DNA of 64,000 nt. Origin: Tubiluchus corallicola (Eukaryota > Animalia > Priapulida). Position 1 is the stretch's first letter. Each line of letters starts with the position of its first letter. Where the stretch lies: assembly GCA_030141605.1 (NCBI GenBank), contig JAQGDQ010000225.1, forward strand, positions 186,001 to 250,000, read 5' to 3'. The notes under the pieces were generated by a model. The model was not told where the DNA came from. It did not search any database and was given only the letters and a program-made list of their open reading frames with translations. The position numbers and the translations under genes are program-made. Shown piece after piece: positions 24,500-35,900 of the stretch.

Positions 24500-24800
24500 C
24501 CTCACAGACTATCCAATGACGATCTGTATGATGTGGCGAAACAGAATCCTTGCAGTAAACAAATACAAGTAAGAAGATTGCATTGGATTGGGCATGCACT
24601 GAGACTACCTCAAGAGTCTCCTCTTTCTACAGTATTACAGAAAACTTGAAATGACAAAAAAACCGAGAGGGTCAGCGACTGACATATAATAGTGATATAC
24701 TGGAAAAAGGTTTTCCAGCTGCAACTCTGGATTTGAGGGATAATGCATCGTGCGTGGTAGAGGTAGATGGGAGTACTTAGCATCAATAAGTAGAACGTGA
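24500..24800 (+). mobile_element. Decayed RTE-like LINE 3' fragment
   Basis: Translates to HRLSNDDLYDVAKQNPCSKQIQVRRLHWIGHALRLPQESP then KKPRG, the typical RTE C-terminal region, followed by frame disruptions. Confidence 0.7.
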
Positions 24801-25362
24801 CGTGTTTTGGAACATATAGGCATGGAAACCATGACGACCTAAATTTACACAATTTTCGATAGCCTTTCATCTTTTATTCAAACTACGTTTAAGTTAGGAA
24901 GTAGGGCTGACAGTTAAATAAAGCTGCCACATATCACTTAGCAATGTAATTATTCAACAAATAACAAACCAGTGCAAATTGAGACAGCAGTACACTGAAA
25001 TAATTTAACAAATTGGACAATACTGTACTCTCCGAAATTGATACGGCTTAACTTTTGTTAAAGTTAGACTACCAGCTGAGATTGAGAGTGCATCTTAGTA
25101 TCAGGTAGTGTACTCTACCCATTTTTTACACCTGCACCTACAAATGGAAAGCTTGGTGGTCTACTGATCATTGCTGCTAACATAAGTGGTAATTTATTAA
25201 AGTGAACTTTTGCTAATCTTAAACACACGCTGGTCGATGTGATAGACTTATAATTGTACTACATGATTTGCAGTGATACTGCACGAAAGTGGATAACAGG
25301 ACATCAGTAGCTCAATTTCTGCCCGTTAAAAAAGTCAATAGTTAGCACTGGAACAAGTGAAT

Positions 25363-26151
25363 TCAAAGATTTTCAATTTCGACATCAAGTGGGTTTGACA
25401 GAGAAAAGAGAAACGACATTACAGATGGATTTTCGGCCCAATTCACTGTGCTGCCTGAAAATAAATTCTGAAGCAAAATTCGCATGACAGACACTTTGTT
25501 TTCAACATCATTAATTGATTGCAGTAACTCAGCCGTTTTGGTGTTATGCCCCGTTTTTGTCAGTTTTGTAATTCTGTCTGACTTATGTTGGTTGATCAGG
25601 TCCATTGCATCACGATTTAACTGTTTCAGTTTGAGCCTTTCTTTCTGCAAACGATTTAGTCTCTCAGTTATATCATTGTGGCAAGTGAGATCGGCAGCAA
25701 TCTCTGCGGATATTTCGATTTGTAACTTACAAAACTCCCTTATGCGATTTTGACGTGCTGTAAAATGATAATTAGTTTCGTCAGTGTCTCCAGCATGAGC
25801 AGAAAAATTCTTAGGATAAAAACAATCCAAGAGAGTTTCGGCTAGCTGCTGCTTTTGTGCTAACATCTGATTTATCGAATGTTTCGTTCGCAAATATGAT
25901 AAGTTTGCTTGCAGCACATCGCTCGTTTTATTTACAGCGGCTCCTTCGCCTGCCTCTTTTAAATGGCGTCCAAGCAGATCTGATCGATACTTTAACTCCT
26001 GCTCGCAAATATTTTGTTTTTCACGTAATTTACGAAGCATTGCGACTGTACCCTCGTCTGAATTTGCTTGAGAATCCAGCGACAACGTTGGTTGGTTAAC
26101 CTCACTTTGCCTACACCCCGCATCGTTACTTCCGCCTAAACCATATTCCAT
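25363..26151 (-). CDS. CENPH: Centromere protein H-like (CCAN/CENP-HIKM subunit), 262 aa, single coding exon
   Basis: Coiled-coil-like protein ending SVMRILLQNLFSGSTVNWAENPSVMSFLFSL, which resembles the CENP-H C-terminal signature (QNLILGS-VNWAEDP-L). The ORF-track start (26190) reads through a polypyrimidine tract/acceptor TTTTTTTGCAG (AG at 26161-26160), so the likely ATG is 26151 (MEYGLGG). Confidence 0.8.
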   Translation of the reverse strand: MEYGLGGSNDAGCRQSEVNQPTLSLDSQANSDEGTVAMLRKLREKQNICEQELKYRSDLLGRHLKEAGEGAAVNKTSDVLQANLSYLRTKHSINQMLAQKQQLAETLLDCFYPKNFSAHAGDTDETNYHFTARQNRIREFCKLQIEISAEIAADLTCHNDITERLNRLQKERLKLKQLNRDAMDLINQHKSDRITKLTKTGHNTKTAELLQSINDVENKVSVMRILLQNLFSGSTVNWAENPSVMSFLFSLSNPLDVEIENL

Positions 26152-26879
26152 TACAATAACTGCAAAAAAATACATAAAGAGTAAAAACATACAAAACTGC
26201 CAAAATTAATTGCAAAATTAAACGTTGGCGCTAGGAACTCTTGTTTTGCATTATACTGTACTAAAGACGTCATTTCCTGTCTTGGCAAATTTCTTTTGTA
26301 ACAAAAAGCGCCAAAACAATAAATTTGCTACTTGTTTGCTTACTCTAAAACACCTGACCATAACATGCTTTTTGACCATCTCACCTCAACGGTTTTCGAT
26401 ATTAAGCCAGATTTGATGATTCAACAATTTCCCTATTAAGTGAATTCCAAGAGCCCACCATGCGAGAAGATAAAAAGTGGGCTCTCATATTAGTCAGAAT
26501 GTGTTGTACAAATAATTTAGAGTTGTATCCACGTTGGTCACATGCCAGACTAATACACATCTAAGCATTATTTAGGGTAACATACTGAGGTGACCAAGCA
26601 AAGCACGCATACTCAAGTATTGGTCTAAAGTTCTACAGCTTTGTACAGAGGTACAATAATTTTTTCAGTACGTGATGAAATGCAGCATTTTATCATTCCA
26701 ATGCGTCAAATTAACCCGAGAAACAAATACGACGTTTTGCCTTTGGCTATTCCCAAATCATGTACAAATCATGTCACCTTCAATAACACCATTGCGTAGA
26801 CAACAATTAAGGTATTGTAGAAGTAGAACAAATACGAATACTGTGCAATGCATGCATTTACTACGTTTGAGTGACATTA

Positions 26880-27180
26880 ATCATTTGTCACATATACCAG
26901 CACTCAATTTCAGACAGGTCTGTTTGTATCTCTTGATCAGAATCGTTTCTAATTAGATGATATATGCGTGCCAGGGGATACACAATCAGTAACAATATTA
27001 ATTTTGTAAAAACAAGAAAACAATAGGGTCCCGATAAAGTCCCTTGAGGAATGCCACTGGTTACATTTCTCCAAGAAATAGTTACACCTTTTAAAACTAC
27101 TCTCTGACATCTGCGAGGTAACAAAAATATTGAAACAAGTGGAGTAGTTTACCTCTTATACCTGCAAATTTCTTTTTCAG
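26880..27180 (-). mobile_element. Decayed CR1/L2-type LINE RT fragment
   Basis: RRCQRVVLKGVTISWRNVTSGIPQGTLSGPYCFLVF matches the RT 'QRV...VTSGVPQGSVLGP' motif; frameshifted after it. Confidence 0.75.
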
Positions 27181-27836
27181 CATAAGACAAAAGTTCAACT
27201 AGTCAATCAATTAGCAATCAGTCAAACATTTAATCTACCAATCAAGCAATGAATCAAACAATCAGACAAGTGAGTACGTCAGTAATCAAGCAATTGTGAA
27301 ATCATTTAGCATAACTACCTACAACATAACATAAACGTATTTTGTACTTATTTCTGTTATACCGTCACAATAAATAGTCCATAATAACTATGTTATTTAA
27401 ATATACTAGCAGTACGTAGATTTCAATACTCGTAAAAAAGTCACAGGTTAAAAAGTAACAGAAAAAACATCCAATTAACTGCAGCTACTTCGGTAGTTTT
27501 ATACTGTATAACCATGTCCAAATTAAATTATACTTGCCGTATTTCTCATCTCATACACAAAGTACAATTAATAATGTCAGTCAATGTAATGTCAGACCTG
27601 TTTTTTTAGCAAAGTTCTAAGCACTTCAAAATCTGAAAATATAAATATCAAATAAATATATGCTTGCGTTATTTTTATTTTTCACAAATATAGCCATCGA
27701 TGTTGCATAAATAAAACATAAAATCGTCAGTCTGTTAAAAGTTCGTGATATTAAATTTTATAATTTCATGCTGAAATGTGTTAATTGTTGTTCGTTAAAT
27801 AAGACAGAAATAATTAGAGTAGTTAAATTTAAGACT

Positions 27837-28330
27837 GAATTCCCTGGGGACTTCTCACGAACATGGAGTATACAGTATATCTATCATGCGGCAAGGATGA
27901 TACCATTCCTCACGACGAGGATGCATAATAGTTTCTAGCTGACAGCAGAGTTCCTCACGAGGAACTGCACGAGAAATTTTACTGTATGTCTTCATTGTGA
28001 AATGCGCCACAGAAAACAATGTGTTCCATTTTCGTGAGGAATTCCGCACAAAATTTCCCCCGGAAGCGTATTTCAGCTTGACTATTTTAGGCTACCGTAA
28101 CTAAAGCACGTTTCGCATGCGGAAGATCCTTCTAAAACAAATGAACAGCTTCAGTGTATGCATTCTGTTTAGAGTGAAATGGTGAACGTCATCTTGTTTT
28201 TCTGCACGGGCAAAAATAGCTAAATAATAACTAACATTTTAGGTACGTTGTGTTTATGATACCAGCCTTCTGATGTAAATTAGCAAGCTTTTGAAATTTG
28301 GAGAATTCGTCCTCTTTTTGAAAATTGGTT
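27837..28330. promoter_or_regulatory. Candidate bidirectional promoter between CENP-H-like (-) and DIDO/PPS-like (+) genes
   Basis: CpG-richer patch between divergent genes. ETS-like CCGGAAG at 28060, GCATGCGGAAG near 28115, TTTGAA (CHR-like) near 28290 and 28317, and repeated TTCCTCACGA motifs. Position is inferred; no TSS data. Confidence 0.4.
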
Positions 28331-28740
28331 ATGAGTGCAAATGTAGATCATTTCAACACTCTGCAAAGTCTTGAGACTTGGTGTTAGCGTTATAGTAGCC
28401 CTACAGTGTACAGTATAAAGTTTTCATAAGCGTAGTACATTCTATACTCGTACCATTTTTAAATTGGAATCATAAGTTTTTTAAAGCTCGAGTCATATTC
28501 ATAATCATATTGAGTTGGTGACTTGCAGTTATTTTTACTATACGCACATCAGTTTTTAATTTATGTGTGATAGCAATCTATAGTTCTACCTGTGTATATA
28601 TTTTTTGTACTTGCCAATGTATGTAATGTTAATTGCATATTTGTGCCCCGCAAATTGAATTGAAATTGAATTAAATTGTTACAACACTCACACATAATAA
28701 TACAATTCAGTTCAAGTTTATGTGCACAAATACAATTACG

Positions 28741-28872
28741 TAACATGGCAAAAACATGAGTTAGCACAGGTATCATAATAAAAATATGATTGAAATTTTA
28801 TGGCAAAAACATGAGTTAGCACAAGTATGATAATAAAAATATGATTGAAATTTTATGTAACATGGCAAAAAA
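28741..28872. repeat. Tandem duplication, about 55-bp unit, about 2.2 copies
   Basis: ATGGCAAAAACATGAGTTAGCACA..TAT.ATAATAAAAATATGATTGAAATTTT is repeated. Confidence 0.85.
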
Positions 28873-29527
28873 TAAAAAATGAACTATAATTTTTAAACTG
28901 TAATAGAGCATAACATTTGTAGTTATAAAATTTTGCAAATTTAAATACCATTTTTTGTATTCAACTGCAAACTAACCAGATATGTAAATGTTAAGCATTA
29001 ATGATGTTTAATTTTGTAATTGCCGTAATTTCCCATGCGAAAGTGTAATCTAATACTAGTATTAGTAATAATAAAAGTAATGGATACTATTTTAATTATT
29101 TTCAAGTTGGGGTTTTTGGTGCTGCAGCTGTAATGTTGATTTTATGAACGTAAAATAGGAAGTCATCAGCTTTGTGCATTGCCATATTTATTTTTAAAAA
29201 ATGAGAACAGCATTGCTTTTTTGGAAGGTTGCTGGACTTTCATAGAAGTGTTGGAATAATTTAATCTGGCCTGTCTATAGAGTATGGCAGTTTAGTGAGA
29301 TTATTAGCGCAAAGACGGTTTGGTACCAATGACGTCACAGCTAAAACTTATTTTCGCTGTTTTTGGTAAATCCTAACTTGTGGCTCAGTCATGTTTCAGC
29401 AACATAAATTTTCTTTTAAACTAAAGTTGATTTTAGTGTGTGCACACTGTACGCTACATTAACTTTAGTGCAAGTAAATGATAAGTAATGGGTGATTTTA
29501 ACTTTTATGCATATCTTTTTTATTTAG

Positions 29528-29583
29528 GAGTCCCTTATAATACGTGCTAGTATAAATGCCATAATTTGTTCAGGTCTGTCCTG
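29528..29583 (+). other. Candidate non-coding 5'UTR exon of the DIDO/PPS-like gene
   Basis: Acceptor TTTTTTATTTAG|G at 29527/29528 and consensus donor CTG|GTAAGT at 29583/29584. Confidence 0.4.
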
Positions 29584-29864
29584 GTAAGTTTTTAGCATTT
29601 TTGACGTGGGTCGCATTCCCTGGGTAGTTGGAACCGACATAGCATGATATTGAGTTGAGCAAGGAGTTTTAGGTTAAAAGGTAATGATTGCTGGGCTGTT
29701 TGCTCTTTAGAAATTGATAAGATTGAGGAATAGTTAATAGATTCTACCCACTGTGAAGAAAAACACTTCAGAAGCTAAAGGTGACGATGGAATCCAACAT
29801 TGGTCATTAGAAACCAAAGAAAGACTTTTGTCTATATTTCTCAGCAGTAATGCAAGCTAGTGAA

Positions 29865-30396
29865 TACAAAACTACAAAACTTGATTCAAGGCAGAGGTCT
29901 ACAAAACTGCAAAACTTGATTCAAAACTGAGGTCTACAAAACTGCAAAACATGATTCAAGACAGAGGTCTACAAAACTCTGAAACTTGACTCATAGCAGA
30001 GGTCTGCTAAACCTGATTCAAAGTAGAGGTCTTCAAAACTGCAAAACTTGATTCAAGACAGAGGTCTACAAAACTGCGAAACTTGACTCATAGCAGAGGC
30101 CTGCAAGACTCGATTTAAGGCAGAGGTTTACAAAACTGCAAAGCTTGGTTCAGTGCAGAGGTCTGCTAAACTGCAAAACCTGATTCAAGGTAGAGGTCTT
30201 CAAAACTGCAAAACTTGATTCAAGACAGAGGTCTACAAAACTACGAAACTTGACTCATAGCAGAGGTCTGCAAGACTCGATTCAAGGCAGAGGTCTGCAA
30301 AACTTGATTCAAAGCAGAGCTCTACAAAATTCCAAAATTTGATTCAAGGCAGGGATCTACAAAGCTGCAAAGCTTGATCAAGACAGTGGTCTACAA
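29865..30396. repeat. Minisatellite with 35-bp and 27-bp units and a 167-bp higher-order repeat
   Basis: Consensus TTGATTCAAGGCAGAGGTCT(ACAAAACT)GCAAAAC; about 15 units; variant pattern recurs at 30012 and 30179. Confidence 0.92.
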
Positions 30397-30619
30397 ATAA
30401 AAATAGATACGATGTGAAAAGTCCAACTTTCAGAAAACATAAACAGAAGGTAAACAGAGCTATTGAATGATAAGTTAGAAAGGGTTGATTAGGACATTGG
30501 AAGCTGATTAACCTGCTGAAGCTGTTAATATCTTTTTTCTGTTTCTGGTGCAATGTGTCTACTTCATAATTTTTTATATATAAAACACCAAAACAAGGTC
30601 AGTTCGTATGCATGATTAG

Positions 30620-31751
30620 CAGGGCCGGTGCTAGAAAATGCGGAGCCCAATTAGAAAATTGTTATTGGGGCCCTTTGCCCTGCAAAAGTTGAAGATTAAA
30701 GATTGATGTTTTATGCCACATGTAGTATGACAGTTTTTGCCAAAAGTATTTAGAAATTGAGATTCAAGCATTAGTCACAATTGCGTATTAAAATTTGAAA
30801 AGCCATATGAAAGTTTTAATATTGTGTTACAAGTAAAGATAATTACTGCTATACTGTTTATATCTCTAATGTATCTTCTAAAAACAGACTTTTCGGGCTT
30901 TTTTATCCAAGAAATTTTTCAAAATTCAAACTCAGTGGTTTTTGTAATGGCATCTCTTGTGGAATTGTTGACTGTAGTTATGTTTTAATGTGTATCGAGG
31001 TTTTGATTATTGTTCACAAAGTGGTAAAATTAAGATGCAATGACGATCTAGCTAATTCTAGCTAATGCATATGGGGCTCACCAATTGTCGTATTTTAAAA
31101 AGGTATAATGCCAATGCTAAACTGAAATAATAAAATAAACAAACAAACGGTCAGCATCCTCTGCTCAAGCATGTGCATGGGCCCTTCTTCCTGTCTAATT
31201 GGCTTAACCCTTTCACTACGGAAGGTGGCACGCTGCCGCCTATGTTTTTCATGCAAGAGTCACTTGGGTCTGTTTATTTCACTGCTACGGCCATACAAAA
31301 ACATTGCCAGTATAGTAAAGTTTAACAGCCATGGGATTGGTGTTGCTTTCCAACAAGTAACGCTAACCAACCAATCAGCGTCTGAAGCCAGGTGCATTCC
31401 ACAGTACTATACTGTGTATGGTATGTTCCCACGCAAAATCACTTGTGGATCATTGATGAAGCGCATGTTTAGTAGATTGTTCTGCATTCTTATAAAATGA
31501 TTGCATATTATGGATTAGTATTGTGTCTTTTGTGAAAACTGGTTTGAGTGCATGTATGTGAGCTCAAATGTATGTGCATATATAGAAATAAAACTAATAT
31601 TTAGTATTAGTACTCAATAACGAACAACTATTTGTTTATTTACAAGATTCTGTTTTAGTAACATAATCAAGAAGTTATTGTCAAATGTGCACAAGTCAAT
31701 GTGGCCCAGTTAAAAAGCAATTACATTTTGAAAGGGTTAAAACCGACCCTG
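30620..31751. mobile_element. Old hAT-type non-autonomous element
   Basis: Ends CAGGGCCGG / CCGACCCTG; degenerate 8-bp TSD ATGATTAG / ATGGTAAG; internal GGGCCC subterminal motifs. Confidence 0.55.
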
Positions 31752-32920
31752 ATGGTAAGGGCTAAAATAAAGATGTGAATGCATGTCATGATATCCAGAG
31801 GAATTGCATGATGGGTTTTAACTGGGTTAGATATATTCACTTGTTATCGTTTCCTTCATTGAGTGAATACTGTGACGCATTAGTCTTTTCTCACTGTGCA
31901 CCAAATTATCATAAGGTGTCAAGCTGTGTATAAAAAAATTCCTGTAAATGATGCTAAGATAGTATCGAAAAGTGAAAATTTCAAGTTGACTTGTACTAAT
32001 ACTGATTTCTTTTATTGATGAGTTAAATGTCACTGACTGAGTTTTGTATACCCCCAATGTTAGAAATGGGAGCTTAAAACTGCTTTATCAAGTCACAATA
32101 TTTGTATGATATGTTTTATTTCACTAGAGTTCCTACCTCTTGGTTCCAAGATAATTTTCAAAAAGAAAAGCTTTTCTGAGATATGTAGTAAATACTAGTG
32201 GATAGATTAATAGATTAATATAAGCAATGAAAACATTTGCACATGAATCACAACCAACATTGTTTAATTTTGTTGTGTATTCGAGTCTTGCAAAAAAACA
32301 TCTACAACCCAGTGGAGAGAGAAGCATAAGTATTTAACTTAATTTCGTTTCGTTTCTGTTTGGTAGCTACATTTGACAGGCCTTGAAATGTCTAAAATTT
32401 ACGTAACGCAATACCCGTTTTCTTTGTATTTGGCTTGCGTGACCTGTCTTTCAGTTACCTGGTATTTCTGGTATAATTAGTTAAAGAGATTAGTTAAATA
32501 TAATACTTAATGTAAAAAATTGAATTATCAAGTTTGTTTGTACATTTACAAAAATAAATTCCTCTGTATAACAACGGGGTTGCCATTTGACTTAACTGAA
32601 GGATGTTTCCTTAAAAACGATCTATTAACAATTATTATCACTATTAACAAAATGGCCAGTTTTGGTTGATTGAAATAAACATCGATTATTGGTCTGAAAT
32701 AAACATCGATTATTGGTCAACTAAACGTAACCTTATTGTATGTTGACGTGAAAACCCGAGGCTTATTTTGTGCTTTCACTATCTTCATTGTTTCATTTTA
32801 ATTAAGTGTTATTTTTTTCAGGTTCTGGTCAGCTGCTGAACTTTTCAGTGCGACAATGCAACTGTGAATCATGGGCTGTGCTTAAATTGTAGAAGAACCT
32901 CTGTGCATTTTGTTTCTATA

Positions 32921-35900
32921 ATGGACTTGGAGAATAGTGAAAAAACTTCAGAAAAAGTAGAGCTAGGTGATTGTGGTGCAACTGTAGGACATGGCTTTGC
33001 AGAAACTGCAGCCGTACTTGCTGGAGATCACAGCAATCCCTTTGCTGAAATGTCTCAAGCTGAAATTCAGAAGTTAAACGATTTACTGTCGACTGAAGAA
33101 GCTCGAAAGTTACTGCAAGAAACTTCGCAAGATTTTGCTGCGCATCAAGGGATGGAGATAGTTGATGGCTTACCTGTTAATGATGGCTTACCTGTTAATC
33201 AGGAAGGCACACCTGTCACTGCCAATCAATATGGTACACCTGACGAAGCATTAAAACCTTTAGGTGGCAATGTTGGTGTAGCAAAAAATGAGAAAGGTGT
33301 TGAAAGTATTTATCCTTTGAATGAGAATGAACCAGATGTAAAGTCAGAAGGTAGTGCACAGATGTCTGCAGTTGTAAAAGGTGAAGTGCAGGTAGATGAA
33401 AAGTCTGTGGGTGTAGTCAAGAAATCAGATGAAAAGTTCAGTTCTCCTCGACGTAGGTCGGCTCGACAGCAGGACATTACTAATAAGATGAAGGTGGAGG
33501 AAATTAGGCGACAGAATGCTGAGATGGAACGTGAATGGAAGGAAAAGCAGATGGAAGCAGAAAAAGCCAAAAATAAGCAGAACATCGAAGTTGAATCCGT
33601 CTCTAAGCCAAAGAGAGGCAGGGGTCGGCCGAAGAAGACTGATGAATCTGAGAAATCAAGCGAAAGTGGACTCGACGGTAATGATTCCCCATCTGCCAAG
33701 ATGAGAACGAGAGGCAAACGTGTTCCTGTTGGACGTCTTTTAGGATTGCGTGGTATTCGCTACTCGGTGGCAAAACCAGAGTCATCCATGGCGTCTGATG
33801 ACGATAGGTCTCAAAGTCAAACAGATGATGAGATCATCAAGCTTGAAGCTACCTCAGAACCGAGTAATGCCGGTAAGAAAGGTTTAACTAAAGAACTGAA
33901 AACCGACATTATGTCAGAAGAGCTGGTTGAACAAAGAAAAGTAGACAAACCCGAAAAGAGTAAAAAGAAAGTTCTTAAAAAAGAGCTAGGCAAGAAGTAT
34001 AGAGAGCAAGGGACAAGTTCAAAGAAAACTAAGGTAAAAGATGATGATGATCAGCTTATGAATAAGAGCTTGTTTGAAAAGGTTGACGAAGATAAAATGC
34101 AAGATCAGTCTACAGACACACCGGAGAAAGTTAAACCAAAAAAGTTACGGCTATCTCAAGAAGATGAGATTCCAAAGGTTATAAAGAGAGCATCACTGAC
34201 GCATTCTGATCTCTTTTCGCCTGATGTGGTTGTTGCATCATCTAAAGCGGGAAAAGAGTTGTTAGAAGCTGGGCTTGATCAACACCGTGCTAAAGAACTT
34301 GATTATACACCCGTTGTTGTACCTGGCGAGACTGTTCATTTGAAATTAGAAAAACCTGCTAGTATTGGGAATGAAAACATTAAACCGCCTTCTGCAACGA
34401 AACACAGGCACAAAAGTTCTTCCAGCACAGAAAATGTACATATAGACAGTGCAGTTAAGAATGTTGAAAAAATTAGACATAAAAGTGTTGATAATAGTCA
34501 TAAGCGTCGACATAGCGCTATAGAAACTACGAAAGAAAGTGATATTTCTGGGAGTAAAATAAGGCACCACAGTGTTGATAGTCGACCAGTTAGCAAACAA
34601 AGACATACCAGTGATGTGGACAGTGACCTTGGTGATAGAAAAAGGCGCAGGTCTGCAACGAAACATCAAGATCAGGCTAAAGCAGTTAAGACTGATATAG
34701 ATAAAAATATTACATCAGATCCTAGCAGGGAAAGGGGCTCCATTCTTAAACTGAAACATGCTCAGAAGCCTGTTAAGGAGCCTTCGAAAGTTGTTGATGT
34801 CCAGAAATCGACTGAAAGTTTACAAACTAAACGTGAACGAAAGCGAAAATTATTAGCAGAAGACGAAGTGTCAGATATCAGCAGTGAATCATCAGAGGAA
34901 AGTGATGGCTCTGATGACGAATGGTGCACTGACGACGATCCAGAAAAATTATGGTGTATTTGCCGGCAGCCGCACGACGATCGTTTTATGATATGTTGTG
35001 ATAAATGTGAAGACTGGTTCCATGGTGATTGTGTTGGTATTTCTAAGAGGAAGGGCAAAGAAATGGAAAGAACGGGACAAGATTACGTCTGTCCAAGGTG
35101 TATAAAAGCTGAAACAACAAAACCGTCTGATGAGAACCAGCCTAAGGTAGATAAAAAATCTGGCGAAGCGCCACAGAAGAAGAAACGCATGATTAAGATA
35201 TTTAAGAAATCGCACCGTAAACTTGGACAAGTGTGCATAATGAGTAGGTGTAAAAATGCTGCTAGGCCAGGCACATTGTATTGCAGCAATGAGTGTATCT
35301 TGAAACATGCAAAAGAATCTTTGAATATGTTGAGTCACGATAAGGAAGAAATTAAAGAGAAAGCTCGGGAAGAGTCTCCAAAGCAGTCAGACAAACGCCA
35401 AAAGAAAGCAGAGATTCCGAAACCGCGGGTATCAGTGCCAGGTAAAGGGGTCTCTCGTGTTGTAGTCTTCAATCGCAAAACTGGTCAACTTTTGACAGGG
35501 CCATCTGCACCGACAACTGAAAATCTCAGAGAATGGTTGACCCTTCACCCAATGTTTGAAGTAGTAAAGGCAAGTCAGCCAGTCAGTAGCCAACTTTACA
35601 AACAGGAAGCTAAAACTTACAAGCGAGAGCCTAAATCGCCACAAATTAAGAAAACTTCATTTTACTCTAAGCCGCAGAAAGATGTTCAAAGAAAAGAGGA
35701 TACAAAAAAGTCTACCCCAAAAAGTGACCAGAAGAAAAAAGAGTCTGTAAAGAAAGAAGAAACTAAAAAGGTAGAAAGCAAGCCCACTGGGCCAGACCCA
35801 GTTCGTCTGAATGTAAGGAAGGGCTTAAAAGATCTGTTGACATCAAAATGTAAGCCAACAGATGATGTTGCACCATCTGCAGATGAAATCAAAAACATTG

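Noticed and set aside
26152-26190. Hydrophobic N-terminus MFLLFMYFFAVIV looking like a signal peptide on the CENP-H ORF
   Set aside because: It is mostly the translated polypyrimidine tract and acceptor of a probable 5'UTR intron.
29865-30396. Repeat array that could be taken for a CRISPR array
   Set aside because: Units are contiguous with no unique spacers, there are no cas genes, and the context is eukaryotic; it is a minisatellite.
32864-32920. ORF-track start of the 1879-aa protein
   Set aside because: It is a GTG start; the first in-frame ATG is 32921.
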